This document shows, piece after piece, positions 32,027-42,522 of a stretch of DNA of 64,000 bases (the first letter of the stretch is position 1; each line of letters begins with the position of its first letter). The notes under the pieces were generated by a model that saw nothing but the letters and a program-made list of their open reading frames with translations, was not told where the DNA came from and searched no databases. This stretch comes from an uncultured Thermoplasmata archaeon (GTDB lineage: Archaea > Thermoplasmatota > Thermoplasmata > Halarchaeoplasmatales > Halarchaeoplasmataceae): NCBI GenBank assembly GCA_964516805.1, contig CAZEXI010000003.1, positions 3,021-67,020 of the forward strand. Reading direction: 5' to 3'. A program made the position numbers and the translations under genes.

Positions 32027-32452
32027 CTACCTTCTTTCTGGCATGTCATAACTACTGCCAATATTTGCTATATCGTGTCCCTTACGATAGACTGGTTTTC
32101 TAGATACAAATTTCCCTTCTTTTGTTTCTTTCTTTTCAGTTTCCTTCTTATGCCATCTCCATATTCGAGATATATGAATAGCTCGCAGGTAAACCTCTTC
32201 CATGTTTATATATGTCCAATCTATAAATCCTACAACAGTTTCTCCTTCCTCTCCTGCTTCTTCTGGATTAATCTCACCTAGTTCACTCCAATTTACCTCA
32301 GTTGTAGAACCCTGAAATACGTCCTTCAAAACTAATGTTTCTTTATCAAATTCTTGTAAAGTTCCAAGAAATGCTATTTCATCATCCATCACTACTAGTA
32401 ATTTTTTATCACTAAGGTCCTTCAATTTTTTCTCAAGTAATGTTCCAAGCAT
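32027..32452 (-). CDS. Putative Sm-like (LSm) fold protein with basic C-terminal extension
   Basis: KKLLVVMDDEIAFLGTLQEFDKETLVLKDV resembles the Sm1/Sm2 pattern. The assignment is weak. Confidence 0.35.
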   Translation of the reverse strand: MLGTLLEKKLKDLSDKKLLVVMDDEIAFLGTLQEFDKETLVLKDVFQGSTTEVNWSELGEINPEEAGEEGETVVGFIDWTYINMEEVYLRAIHISRIWRWHKKETEKKETKEGKFVSRKPVYRKGHDIANIGSSYDMPERR

Positions 32453-32533
32453 TTTAACACCCCCAAATATAATAATCTCTCTTTTAATACAAAAATGTTG
32501 TCTAAAAAACTAACTCGGTGAATTAAAATAGAT

Positions 32534-32995
32534 CTATTCAACAGCAGATTCAGCAGTATTTAATATAGATTCTATTTTACCCTCAAGAACATTGACTCTC
32601 GATTTTAATCTGGCATTTTCCTTTTTAAGCTGATCAAATCTAGATCTTAACTGAGAATCATTTTTATGAATATCGATTGGATTTTCCCCCGTTTCTTTAT
32701 GTATCTCGTCAGAATCATAACCTTTTAGATAGTAAGCTATTTTAACCTGAACTTCTACCAAATTATCTAACTCTATGTCGTAATAAACACTTTTTTTATT
32801 AATATCTAAAAGATTCTTATGAAGTTCTCTGTCTCTAGTCACCATGATGTCCTCTTCATTCATCTTGTCGACTAATTTAAAATCCAATATCCCTTTATAT
32901 TCTTCATTAACATCTAAAATTTTGTCAGTACTCTGAAAGTGCTCAATTTCCTTTTTGATTTCAGAGGGTATATTTTCATCTATGATCAAACGCAT
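32534..32995 (-). CDS. DUF5615-type PIN-like domain fused to a C-terminal coiled coil
   Basis: MRLIIDENIP...IMVTRDRELH, followed by the heptad region LRSRFDQLKKENARLKSRVNVLEGKIE. Confidence 0.5.
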   Translation of the reverse strand: MRLIIDENIPSEIKKEIEHFQSTDKILDVNEEYKGILDFKLVDKMNEEDIMVTRDRELHKNLLDINKKSVYYDIELDNLVEVQVKIAYYLKGYDSDEIHKETGENPIDIHKNDSQLRSRFDQLKKENARLKSRVNVLEGKIESILNTAESAVE

Positions 32996-33128
32996 ATTAC
33001 AAAATCACTTTATGATTATATTTAATATTGCTGGTTTCTTTAATAGCTATACTAATTAAGTATTTGGACAATTTTAAATAATAAGAATCTAATATTCGCC
33101 TATAGAAAATAATATAGGAGTGAAATAT

Positions 33129-34577
33129 ATGAATAGATTTGCTAAAATATCTGTATTGGTTATAATAATAGCAATGTTTGCCTCCGTCTTAGTGCCATTC
33201 ACATCAAATGCACAAGCAAACGAACCGGAATGGGAAGTTGGTGATGAATGGTCTATGGGTTATGAAAAAGAACTAGATAATCTATTTACTCCAGCTTTAG
33301 ATATGATAGACAACCAAACCCAAAATAGTGAAGAAATAAGTGATATCAGTTATAATCTAAATGGTAAAATTGGATTTTACCAGATATATAAAATAAAAGA
33401 TGAAAGTAGTGATCATTATACAATGAGAATAAAAGCTGGTGGAGGCTTAAAAGTAAGTGGTGACTTTAGTATGACTGGTGAGTTACCCAAAGAGGGGACA
33501 CATACTGCTCCTTTGGGTGAATCAGAAAAATTACCAACTGAAGAAAAAACAGTCAGCGGAGAAGGTGACATGCAGTTCTCTATAGATATAAGTGGTACAG
33601 CAAACTTTACTAAGGAAGATAAATCAGTGAAAGATCTACATTTAATCGTAACCGTAAAAGCTTCTGGAGATTATAAAATAAATAACTTTCCACATGAAGA
33701 AACCGATTGGGACTGGGAAAATGATACAGTCACACAAACAGCAGAATACAAAGACTATGATGGTGGCTTTGACGGTAAAGTCGAATCCACGATAGACGTC
33801 ACTTTTGAACCAGCTTTAGATATATTTGATTATCCAATTCAGACAGGTGAAGAATGGGGTGTTAATTCTACGATGACAGTTTCCGGTACATACAGTGGTG
33901 AAATAGATGCACATGGACTGCCAGAAGAAATAAAGAAAAGTTTAGAAGATGAAGAAATCGAGCTACCTTTGACCCTTGAGGACATGGATACCGGCGAATC
34001 AGAAATACATGATGGCATAATAGAAGAGACTACAACTCCAATAAACTTTAAAATGGCTTGTACTGGTACTGAAGAAATAGTACTAGAAGATGGCTCTACA
34101 ACAGAAACCTATCTATTGAAAGGTGGACAATTACCTGTATCACCATCAACTGAAGGGATGATGATGCATTATTCTCCTGAAGAAGGTTTCATCGTCTCTG
34201 AAGAATTTTCAAGCACTAGCAATGAAATGGAACGTTTTATAGGTACAGATGAAATTACAATGCAGCCAAAAAGTGAAAATGACGCGGAAGAAAATATGGA
34301 ATCACTTCAAAACATGGATGAAAGTGAAGAAGGTATTTTCAGTAAATTATTCGAACCGCCCTACCTCTATATATTGATTGCTGGAATAGCAGCAGTGATG
34401 ATTATCGGTGTGCTAATGAAAAGAAGAGGTGGAAAGAAGGATTACTATGGCGAGTATCAATACCAACAACAATCACCTAATCAAGAACAGAGACCTACTT
34501 ATCAAGAACCGCAACAAGGACAAACAGAGCAAAACAACCCTTATAAGGAAAACAATGAAAATGGACCATATCAATAA
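33129..34577 (+). CDS. Secreted protein with C-terminal TM anchor and Q/N/P-rich cytoplasmic tail
   Basis: Signal-like leader ending NAQA, a repeated W/G(D/E)EW motif, TM helix YILIAGIAAVMIIGVLM, and tail YQYQQQSPNQEQRPTYQEPQQGQTEQNNPY. Confidence 0.6.
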   Translation: MNRFAKISVLVIIIAMFASVLVPFTSNAQANEPEWEVGDEWSMGYEKELDNLFTPALDMIDNQTQNSEEISDISYNLNGKIGFYQIYKIKDESSDHYTMRIKAGGGLKVSGDFSMTGELPKEGTHTAPLGESEKLPTEEKTVSGEGDMQFSIDISGTANFTKEDKSVKDLHLIVTVKASGDYKINNFPHEETDWDWENDTVTQTAEYKDYDGGFDGKVESTIDVTFEPALDIFDYPIQTGEEWGVNSTMTVSGTYSGEIDAHGLPEEIKKSLEDEEIELPLTLEDMDTGESEIHDGIIEETTTPINFKMACTGTEEIVLEDGSTTETYLLKGGQLPVSPSTEGMMMHYSPEEGFIVSEEFSSTSNEMERFIGTDEITMQPKSENDAEENMESLQNMDESEEGIFSKLFEPPYLYILIAGIAAVMIIGVLMKRRGGKKDYYGEYQYQQQSPNQEQRPTYQEPQQGQTEQNNPYKENNENGPYQ

Positions 34578-34617
34578 AAAACCCTTTTAACTTCTTTTTA
34601 AAATAAAGTGATATCAA

Positions 34618-35508
34618 ATGGGGAATCTTCTAAAAGCAAAGGATATTAATTCTTCTCGTGATTCTTTTGAGCTAAAAGATGTAAATATAATCATACCTGA
34701 AGGAAGTATTATTCTACTTGGAGGAAGAAATGGCGCTGGAAAAACTACGATATTGGAAACTCTTACCTGTTCCATTAAACCCTCCAAAGGTAAAATTGTA
34801 GTTAAAGATGAACTGATTTTTAATGATGGAATAAATAAACGTAAAAAAAGAGAGGCTTTAAAGGATATCGGTGTTCATTATCAGGATGATGAATTGTTTG
34901 ATCAATTGACTATTAGAGAAACTTTTGATACCTTTTTTAGCCTTTATCCGGACAAACCTAAAACTGATCTAATCAATGAATGTCCATTTATAAAAGGTAA
35001 ACTTGAAAAGAAGATTGGCGAACTATCAAAAGGTAGAAAACAATTGATAAAAATATTACTAAGTGTGTCTCACAATCCTGATTTAGTGTTTATGGATGAG
35101 CCTTATTCTAATCTAGACGAAGAAACCCTAGAATGGTTCATTGGAATTCTGAAAGAGTTAAAAAAGTCTGGTGTTTCATTTTTTATTGCAGTAAATGAAT
35201 TGGGAGATATTGGCGAATTAGCTGATGAACTCTATGTTGTAGATGATGGAACGATAAAACAACATTTTAAAAATTTTAATAAATTCTTTAATGGGACTGT
35301 GTTGATTATAGATAAAGAAACGCCATATATTGATTTAAACGGTCCTCTTAATGTGACTCAGGTCAGTAAGAAAAATAATGAAAAAATTATCTTTGTCGAT
35401 GATGATCGATCAGAACTATTCAGTAAAATTGATAAAATAGATATAGAGATCAAATCGATCCGTAGACCAAAACTAAATGATTTTTTTCAGGAGATAAAAA
35501 ATGAGTAG
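34618..35508 (+). CDS. ABC transporter ATP-binding protein
   Basis: Walker A GGRNGAGKTT, signature LSKGRKQ, Walker B LVFMDEPYSNLD. Confidence 0.85.
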   Translation: MGNLLKAKDINSSRDSFELKDVNIIIPEGSIILLGGRNGAGKTTILETLTCSIKPSKGKIVVKDELIFNDGINKRKKREALKDIGVHYQDDELFDQLTIRETFDTFFSLYPDKPKTDLINECPFIKGKLEKKIGELSKGRKQLIKILLSVSHNPDLVFMDEPYSNLDEETLEWFIGILKELKKSGVSFFIAVNELGDIGELADELYVVDDGTIKQHFKNFNKFFNGTVLIIDKETPYIDLNGPLNVTQVSKKNNEKIIFVDDDRSELFSKIDKIDIEIKSIRRPKLNDFFQEIKNE

Positions 35509-36619
35509 AAAAGATACATTTATTCAATTTTTTAAAGCACAGTTTTACAACAGGGTTAGGGATAGTAGGTTCATGATCTGGATAATAATAATGCCCATAA
35601 TTCTCATGTGTTTGTTAAATTTCATAGGGGGCGATGAAGGATTCAATGTTGATATCGTAGTTGTTGATGAAGATAATACAGATATGTCTAATACAGCTTT
35701 AGGTTTACTAAAATCTCAAAATAAATTCGACGTGACTAAAATCAATTCACTTCAAGAAGGTGTAGATAAGATTAAGGATGGCAAAGCCGATGCAATGCTG
35801 GTTATACCTTCTGATTTTTCTGAGAAATGGAAGAACATATCAAAAGGTAACAACACCAACTATGATAGCATTAGACTTAAAGTCTATTATTCTGATAATA
35901 AAGAGATAGAAGACACGATAGAGTATACACTTAAAGGGATTACTTCAGATATAAATGACTGGATTGTTGATGACGATAAAAAACCTGTAAAGATAAGCAG
36001 TAGGACTATTGAAACTGGTGCTGGGAGTTATACAAATCTATTAGTTCCAGGCGGTTTAGTCATTATCCTATTGCAGATAGCTGTTTTCTCATCGAGTAAC
36101 AGTTATGCCAGACTTAAAGAATCGATGATATTAAAAAGGATCAAATCAGGTTATTATTCTCCTATATGGTCCTTACAGGGTATGATATTCTTAGATTCTA
36201 TTTTGGCTACCTTTGGTTCATTGATAGGTCTCACTACAGGCATCATAATTTATGATCTAAATTTGAGTCTTACTAATTTTTGTTTACTATCTTTATTGAT
36301 ATTTTTATCTGCTTTAATTTTTTCTTACATTGCACAGATATTAGGAAGATTTTCTTCCAATACTATCTCCGCTCAAGCTTTTTCATCGATGGTGCTGTTT
36401 CCTCTAGCTTTCTTTTCAGAAGCTTATATGTTTCATTATCTATTTCCAGAATACATAAAAGAGGTTTCAAAATACTTGCCAGTCGGTCCGATAGTAGAAG
36501 GTCTGAAAAATCTTTTATTTATGGATATAAGTACAGCAGATGCAGCTATGATAATTATTAAATCTATTTTGTGGCTGGGTTTATTTTTCCTTATTTTCGT
36601 TTTGTTAGAGAGAGATTAA
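35501..36619 (+). CDS. ABC-2-type transporter permease with a large extracytoplasmic loop
   Basis: One N-terminal TM, a soluble loop of about 140 aa, then 5 TM segments. Overlaps the ATPase gene by 8 nt. Confidence 0.7.
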   Translation: MSRKDTFIQFFKAQFYNRVRDSRFMIWIIIMPIILMCLLNFIGGDEGFNVDIVVVDEDNTDMSNTALGLLKSQNKFDVTKINSLQEGVDKIKDGKADAMLVIPSDFSEKWKNISKGNNTNYDSIRLKVYYSDNKEIEDTIEYTLKGITSDINDWIVDDDKKPVKISSRTIETGAGSYTNLLVPGGLVIILLQIAVFSSSNSYARLKESMILKRIKSGYYSPIWSLQGMIFLDSILATFGSLIGLTTGIIIYDLNLSLTNFCLLSLLIFLSALIFSYIAQILGRFSSNTISAQAFSSMVLFPLAFFSEAYMFHYLFPEYIKEVSKYLPVGPIVEGLKNLLFMDISTADAAMIIIKSILWLGLFFLIFVLLERD

Positions 36620-36679
36620 TAAGTACTATAGTAAAGAATATAAAGTTGTAATCGGTTATTTATTTCGGTGTGATAAAAT

Positions 36680-36847
36680 ATGGTAGTTAAAATCGATGAA
36701 GATGCCTGTATAGCTTGCGGTATGTGCGAAGAAGAATGCCCTGTTGGTGCAATAACAGTTGAAGACGTTGCAAAAGTGGATGCATCAAAATGTGAAGATA
36801 TAGGTGACTGCGTAGAAATATGCCCAGTCGATGCGTTGAGTCTATAA
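36680..36847 (+). CDS. Small ferredoxin (55 aa, 7 Cys), absent from the ORF track
   Basis: Translated by hand: MVVKIDEDACIACGMCEEECPVGAI...KCEDIGDCVEICPVDALSL. The second cluster motif lacks its middle Cys. Confidence 0.8.
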   Translation: MVVKIDEDACIACGMCEEECPVGAITVEDVAKVDASKCEDIGDCVEICPVDALSL

Positions 36848-36901
36848 AACCAATGCAGTAAAACTTTTATATCCTAATTGATTGTCCACTACCGTGATAT
36901 A

Positions 36902-37069
36902 ATGGTAGTAGAAGTTGATGAAGGTGCATGTATAGCTTGCGGTCAATGTGAACCAGAATGTCCAGTCGATGCAATAACAGTTGAAGATGTCGCCATAATA
37001 GATGAAGGCGCATGTATAGACTGTGGACAATGTGTCGATGTGTGTCCTGTTGACGCAATGAGCTTATAA
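36902..37069 (+). CDS. 2x[4Fe-4S] ferredoxin (55 aa), tandem paralog
   Basis: MVVEVDEGACIACGQCEPECP...ACIDCGQCVDVCP. Start moved to the Met that aligns with the upstream paralog. Confidence 0.85.
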   Translation: MVVEVDEGACIACGQCEPECPVDAITVEDVAIIDEGACIDCGQCVDVCPVDAMSL

Positions 37070-37087
37070 AAAAATCTTAAAATTTTC

Positions 37088-37103
37088 CCACTTTTTTAAG
37101 TGG
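37088..37103. terminator. Hairpin CCACTT-TTTT-AAGTGG between convergent genes, flanked by T-runs
   Basis: Read directly. It overlaps the stop codon of the dCMP deaminase gene and is followed by TCTTTTCTTTTT. Confidence 0.4.
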
Positions 37104-37590
37104 TCTTTTCTTTTTCTAAAATATCTTTAATTTTTTCATCCTCTCTTCCTGAATATTCTTCTATTTCAATATCACTTTCTTCAATTATCTCTTTAGCTAG
37201 ATCATCTGGATAACCAGATTTGTATACAATCCTTTTGATCCCTGCATTTATCAAAATCTTCATACATAAAACACAAGGATGATGTGTACAGTAAAGCGTT
37301 CCTCCTTTCACGCTCACACCAAATACAGCTGCCTGGATTACTGCGTTTTGCTCAGCATGAACACCTCTACATAATTCATGTCTAGTTCCTGATTTTACAT
37401 TCATCTGCTCTCTTCTACATCCTACATCCTCGCAATGGGGAAGATCTTTTGGTGCCCCATTGTAACCACTACTTATCACTTGCTTATCTTTTACTATCAC
37501 TGCACCAACGTGTCTCCTTAAACATGTTGACCGAGATGCAGATAACTCAGCCATTGCCATGAAATACTCATCTACAGTTGGTCTATCCAT
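37096..37590 (-). CDS. dCMP deaminase (ComEB/Dcd-type zinc deaminase)
   Basis: VHAEQNA and HPCVLCMKILINAGI zinc-binding motifs. Confidence 0.85.
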   Translation of the reverse strand: MDRPTVDEYFMAMAELSASRSTCLRRHVGAVIVKDKQVISSGYNGAPKDLPHCEDVGCRREQMNVKSGTRHELCRGVHAEQNAVIQAAVFGVSVKGGTLYCTHHPCVLCMKILINAGIKRIVYKSGYPDDLAKEIIEESDIEIEEYSGREDEKIKDILEKEKTT

Positions 37591-37721
37591 ACTCTACCAA
37601 ATAATGACCACACTTATTTTATTTTCGAGTAACAAACGCTGTTCAAACAAGAAATATATATAAAAGAAGAGTATTTTCGATATGGATCAAAAAAATTAAA
37701 CACATTTATGGAGGGAAAAAG

Positions 37722-38285
37722 ATGGTAGAAATTCACGTAGAAAATATGGTTGCATCTGCTTCTTTGGGAAAATCATTTGATCTAGACACTGTTTCTGAAG
37801 CTCTTGGAGGAGCAGAGTATGATCCTGATAAATTCAAAGGGGTTATTTATAAAATCAGAAAAAAAGATCTGAGAACTTCTGTTTTGTTATTCAGCAGTGG
37901 TAAAATAGTATGCACAGGTGCAACTGTAGAAGAAGACATAGAAAAAACTGTTGAACTTTTGAAAAGCATTCTGACTGATAAAAATATAGAAGTCAACGAT
38001 GATGTAAATCTTCAAATACAAAATATCGTGGGTACAACAGACCTTGGTAATCCATTAAATTTGAATTCTGTAGCTATAGCATTTGGTCTAGAGAAGGTGG
38101 AGTACGAACCTGAACAATTTCCCGGTTTGGTTTACAGGATGGATAAACCTAAGTTAGTTATGTTATTTTTTGGATCGGGTAAAGTTGTCTGCACTGGTGG
38201 TAAAAATATCGAAGAGATGGAAAAAGGCGTAGAGAAAGTTAAGAAAGAATTGATCAATACTGGTTTTCTCCCAGATAATAAATAA
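37722..38285 (+). CDS. tbp: TATA-box binding protein
   Basis: Two direct repeats (ENMVASASLG... and QNIVGTTDLG...). GGAGGG SD upstream. Confidence 0.93.
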   Translation: MVEIHVENMVASASLGKSFDLDTVSEALGGAEYDPDKFKGVIYKIRKKDLRTSVLLFSSGKIVCTGATVEEDIEKTVELLKSILTDKNIEVNDDVNLQIQNIVGTTDLGNPLNLNSVAIAFGLEKVEYEPEQFPGLVYRMDKPKLVMLFFGSGKVVCTGGKNIEEMEKGVEKVKKELINTGFLPDNK

Positions 38286-38304
38286 TTTATACATTATAAC
38301 TGTA

Positions 38305-39234
38305 ATGATTAATATGGATGATTTAGAGGACCAAATAAAATCAATTGGGAAGGATGTATTAATTTCACTTGTTATATTAATTCTGATACTCGGTATATTA
38401 TTCATATATAGCGGTAGATGGCCTCCTCTTGTAGTAATAGAATCTTCGAGCATGAGTCATGGAACTGGAAATCCCCCTGACAGTAATATAGGTGTTATTG
38501 ATACTGGAGATATCGTTATAGTAAAAGAAAATGGTGACGATGATGTAACAACCTATGTAGAAGGAAAGGTGAATGATCATAAAACATATGGTCAGTATGG
38601 TGATGTTCTAATCTATAAACCCTTAGGCAAGAAAGAAACCCCCATTATTCACAGACCTATACTTTATCTTAATTACAACAACGGGTCCTTCGACGTACCA
38701 TCTTTAAAAAATCTTGATTATGGAGAAGATTGGTCTCTAGAAAACCATGCGTCCCAAGAAAATGAAAGATGGAAAGATATGACAGGTACGTTCTATATTC
38801 ATAACTATGGATATGCAAATAAAGACGTAAAAATAAATCTAAATTCTTTATTACAATATCAACATTCTGGCTACATAACGATGGGTGATCATAATCCAAG
38901 GATAGATCAGAATCCTGACGATCCGATATGCAGAGAACCTGTGAAAAAAGAGTGGGTTGAAGGTAAAGCTAGAGGTGAATTACCCTGGTTTGGTATCCTA
39001 AAATTAACCGTGATCGGTAAAACATCTTATGTTGCTCAAAATAGCTGGTATTATCTATTTGGTTCTTTATCAGTAATATTAATTAGTCCATTTTTGATAG
39101 AATATTCTATTGAAATCTACAACAAACAAAAGGAATCTTCAGATACCACGAATGATGAGTCATTATTGGATGATGACGTTAATGAAAATAGTTCAGAAAA
39201 AGAACCTGAGAAAATAAAAGAAAAAGAGTTTTGA
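38305..39234 (+). CDS. Archaeal type I signal peptidase (Sec11/S26B-like) with acidic C-terminal tail
   Basis: TM anchor, catalytic-Ser box VIESSSMSH, and MGDHNPRIDQN box. Confidence 0.75.
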   Translation: MINMDDLEDQIKSIGKDVLISLVILILILGILFIYSGRWPPLVVIESSSMSHGTGNPPDSNIGVIDTGDIVIVKENGDDDVTTYVEGKVNDHKTYGQYGDVLIYKPLGKKETPIIHRPILYLNYNNGSFDVPSLKNLDYGEDWSLENHASQENERWKDMTGTFYIHNYGYANKDVKINLNSLLQYQHSGYITMGDHNPRIDQNPDDPICREPVKKEWVEGKARGELPWFGILKLTVIGKTSYVAQNSWYYLFGSLSVILISPFLIEYSIEIYNKQKESSDTTNDESLLDDDVNENSSEKEPEKIKEKEF

Positions 39235-39241
39235 TTTTTGT

Positions 39242-40525
39242 TTAAATCAACGTTGTTTGTTCCATCTTATTGAATTTCAACTGACTTACTGGTTCTATAC
39301 TTTCATCCTCTTCTATTGTTTTTATTATCTCGGTTTTAGGGACACTTGATTGGATCTCTTTGGTTCTTCCTCTTCTACCAAAGGATTTTACTCTAGCATT
39401 TACAAGACCGAGCATATCTAATTCAGAAATCAGGTCTGTTACTCTTCTTTGGGTGAGTGGATCCATCCCTGACCTTAAACTCAATTCTTTATATCCAGAA
39501 TAAACTTCACCTGTTGTTAACTTTTGTTTGCCATTATCTTCACTCAATAGGACTGAATACAGTACTAATTTAGAATGTGTTGGTAAAGTAGTCACTGCCT
39601 CTCTAACACAATCCTGCTCAATTTTATTTTTAGCTTTATACACATGGTTTGAATTCACTTTTGATTCATTATTTCTTTCAGCGATCTCAGCTGATACCCT
39701 TAAAAGGTCTAAAGCTCTTCTCGCATCACCATGCTCTTGAGCTGCAAGAGCGGCACATAATGCGATCACATCGTTCCCAAGAATCTCAGGTTCAAATGCT
39801 TTTTGTGCACGGTCTAGTAAAATATCCTTTAACTGGTCTGCATTATACGGGGGAAATATCATCTTTTCTTCGCCAAGACGGCTCCTAACTCTAGGGTCCA
39901 AGAATTCTGTAAACTTCAAATTATTAGAAATCCCTATTATACTTACTTTACTCTGATCCAATTCTGAATTTATTTTAGAAAGATGGTATAAAACACTGTC
40001 TCCACTTTTCGATACTAGTTTATCCAATTCATCTAATATTATTATTACTACTCTAGATTTCTCATCGATCCTATCTTTCAAAGATTCGTAGACTTTCTCC
40101 ATCGGCCATCCTGTAAAAGGTATCTGTTCACTCCATTTCTCAACGAATTTATTTCCGATATTCTTCATGACTCCATAGTGAGTATCAACTACTTCACAAT
40201 TTATGTAGACGTATTCTACTCTGTTTATATTATGTTCCGAAAATTTCCCATCCAATTCACTTTCCATGCTTTCTTTTTTCAATCTGTTTATCTCTCTTTC
40301 AAGATACCTGACAACTGCTGTTTTACCAGTACCTGTTTTACCAAAAATCAGCACATTAGAAGGACGATTCCCTCTCAGTGCAGTCACCATAATAGAAGCA
40401 AGATTTTGAATATATTCCTCCCTATGGGGTAACTCCTCTGGAATATAAGAAGGGCGCAGTATGTCCCTATCACCCTTGAATACGGGATTTGAATTCATGT
40501 AGGATTTAAATATGTTTTCCGACAT
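39242..40525 (-). CDS. cdc6: Orc1/Cdc6 replication initiator
   Basis: Walker A IFGKTGTGKTA, Walker B IIILDELD, C-terminal wHTH. The ATG at 40525 has AAGGAGG 8 nt upstream. Confidence 0.92.
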   Translation of the reverse strand: MSENIFKSYMNSNPVFKGDRDILRPSYIPEELPHREEYIQNLASIMVTALRGNRPSNVLIFGKTGTGKTAVVRYLEREINRLKKESMESELDGKFSEHNINRVEYVYINCEVVDTHYGVMKNIGNKFVEKWSEQIPFTGWPMEKVYESLKDRIDEKSRVVIIILDELDKLVSKSGDSVLYHLSKINSELDQSKVSIIGISNNLKFTEFLDPRVRSRLGEEKMIFPPYNADQLKDILLDRAQKAFEPEILGNDVIALCAALAAQEHGDARRALDLLRVSAEIAERNNESKVNSNHVYKAKNKIEQDCVREAVTTLPTHSKLVLYSVLLSEDNGKQKLTTGEVYSGYKELSLRSGMDPLTQRRVTDLISELDMLGLVNARVKSFGRRGRTKEIQSSVPKTEIIKTIEEDESIEPVSQLKFNKMEQTTLI

Positions 40526-40581
40526 AGGTAGTACCTCCTTGATTAATGGGTTTTGAAAGGGTATTTTATTCACCAATACCC

Positions 40582-40605
40582 CTTTGTTTCAAGTGGAAAT
40601 CAAAG
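40582..40605. promoter_or_regulatory. ORB-like dyad (CTTTG-TTTC-AAGTG-GAAA-T-CAAAG), candidate Orc1/Cdc6 recognition box
   Basis: The core TTCAAGTGGAAA differs at one position from the archaeal mini-ORB TTCCAGTGGAAA. It lies about 60 nt upstream of cdc6. Confidence 0.45.
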
Positions 40606-40885
40606 TCGAAGCACAGCTAGGTTTAATAGCTAATTTAAACTATCGACCTCAATATCATCTCGAATGCAGTTAGGGACGTAAACGATATTCTAGTACATAC
40701 TAAAAGTTTTCGTCAGACGCCTCCTGAAGTGCTGTACACTCTCATTTATATATCCCTTGTATGACGCTTTATATAGGTTTATATATCAATAAATAGAGAT
40801 GGTTATATTATTTACTAAATTATGAAAGTTTACAGGTTTTCAAAATGTTCCGATTGATTAAAAAAAAATCATATGATTAAAATGT

Positions 40886-41383
40886 CTAGGAGATTTCATC
40901 TGCAGATAATTTATAATTTTTTACGATATTAGGGGGGTAACTATCGTTTTCTATAAGTTTTTTTATTTCACCTATTGTATTATTTACCTTCCTTCTGATT
41001 TCATCACTGATATCTGCTTCTTTAAACTCGTCTCTATCTAGAATGTAATAAGTCCCATCAGTTTCGACCCAAAAATCGATAAAAAGATCTTCAGCTTTAT
41101 ATCCTCCCTTAAACCTAACAGGAGGTGTTCTTATATCAGAATAGTATCCAATGAATTTTTTATTTTCATCAAAAATTTTTACAACATTGTACCATCTGTC
41201 AAAAAGATCAAAAAGAACACCATGATAACCATCTTCTATCAAAGGTTCTTCTCCAAAAGGAGTAAAAGGTTTTGAAAGGCGGAATATAAAGGATGAAACT
41301 ATCATGTCCTCTTCATCCGCCAGCAGTTTCTGTTCCCATTCTCTAGTTTTTTTTCCAGGTCTATGATATCTAACGATGACCAT
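40886..41383 (-). CDS. DUF402-domain protein
   Basis: GYYSDIRTPP...DLFIDFWV..DG.YYILDRDEF pattern. Confidence 0.6.
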   Translation of the reverse strand: MVIVRYHRPGKKTREWEQKLLADEEDMIVSSFIFRLSKPFTPFGEEPLIEDGYHGVLFDLFDRWYNVVKIFDENKKFIGYYSDIRTPPVRFKGGYKAEDLFIDFWVETDGTYYILDRDEFKEADISDEIRRKVNNTIGEIKKLIENDSYPPNIVKNYKLSADEIS

Positions 41384-41953
41384 CTATGATTCAACAGGTC
41401 CTATTGGGAATATAGTCTTTTCGTAGTACTCGTTTGTTACCTCAGCAAGAGCTGTGTAAACAGCACTGAAACCACAAAGTATACCTTCGTATCCAGCTAT
41501 TGTAGTTACCGTAGAATTATATTCTCCGATCGCCAGTAGGAAGAACAATATTGTCAATGTTCCAAATACAACCTGTAATGCTCTGTTCATCTTTAGTGTG
41601 GATAAGAACATCCAACCAGTAAAAAGTCCCCACATTGCGAGATAGGAAGCCAATGCTGCTTTACCAGGGAATTCAATACCTGGTGTAATCTCTGGAATCA
41701 TTACAAGGGCAACGAAACTAAACCAAAATAGGCCGTAGGAGCTAAATGCTACTCCAGGGAATGTATTACCTTGTTTAATTTCCCACCAGCCTGCTATTAG
41801 CTGTGCGATACCTCCGTAGAATATACCCATAGCAAGTATCATGCTAGATAACTCTATATAGCCTGCATTGTGTATATTCAAGAGTACCGTAGTCATACCA
41901 AAACCCATCAAACCCAGTGGGGCAGGATTGGCAAGCTTTTTTACATCCGACAT
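41384..41953 (-). CDS. GPR1/FUN34/YaaH (SatP) family acetate/succinate channel
   Basis: [23 protein letters not shown] signature and 6 TM segments. Confidence 0.85.
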   Translation of the reverse strand: MSDVKKLANPAPLGLMGFGMTTVLLNIHNAGYIELSSMILAMGIFYGGIAQLIAGWWEIKQGNTFPGVAFSSYGLFWFSFVALVMIPEITPGIEFPGKAALASYLAMWGLFTGWMFLSTLKMNRALQVVFGTLTILFFLLAIGEYNSTVTTIAGYEGILCGFSAVYTALAEVTNEYYEKTIFPIGPVES

Positions 41954-42097
41954 AAAATCACAAATTATGTAATTATTTTTAGCTATATAGTATTTACTGA
42001 CTAGATATATAAAAAAGATTAATCATTAAACTAATAAAGAAATATAATTGAAAGAAAGATACTATAAAAAAAGATATAAAAAAACTAAGAAAGAAAT

Positions 42098-42484
42098 TTA
42101 GGATTCTTTAGCCTTCTTTTTGGCACGTTCTCTTCGCTTTTTAGCGTTGAAACCAGTAGCTCTTTTAAGAAAGTCATTCCATTTATTGATTGTTTCCATT
42201 GCTACCTGATCATCTGCATCATCGTCCATCTGTAGATCGACCCAAAGACCTGTTCTACCCTCAGTCCATACTTCTAAATGGTCTATAGCACCTTCATTCT
42301 CTGTTATCAATTTTTCATCTTCTTTTTCTACTGATCCAAAGATTTCCTTCATCAGTTCTTCGAGTTGATCACCTTCAATATTCTTGAAATGACCTCTTTT
42401 TACATCGTACCGATTTTTTCCCATGTTACCATAGAACTGTAAGGATAAATCATATAAGATTTTTTGGTAAAATTCTCCCCTCAT
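42098..42484 (-). CDS. Conserved-looking hypothetical protein with basic C-terminal tail
   Basis: 128-aa ORF ending KKRRERAKKKAKES. The true start may be the internal MGKNRYDVKRG. Confidence 0.4.
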   Translation of the reverse strand: MRGEFYQKILYDLSLQFYGNMGKNRYDVKRGHFKNIEGDQLEELMKEIFGSVEKEDEKLITENEGAIDHLEVWTEGRTGLWVDLQMDDDADDQVAMETINKWNDFLKRATGFNAKKRRERAKKKAKES

Positions 42485-42522
42485 CCTGAATCCTTTTATA
42501 TCTCCCCTTTTATCACTTCAAC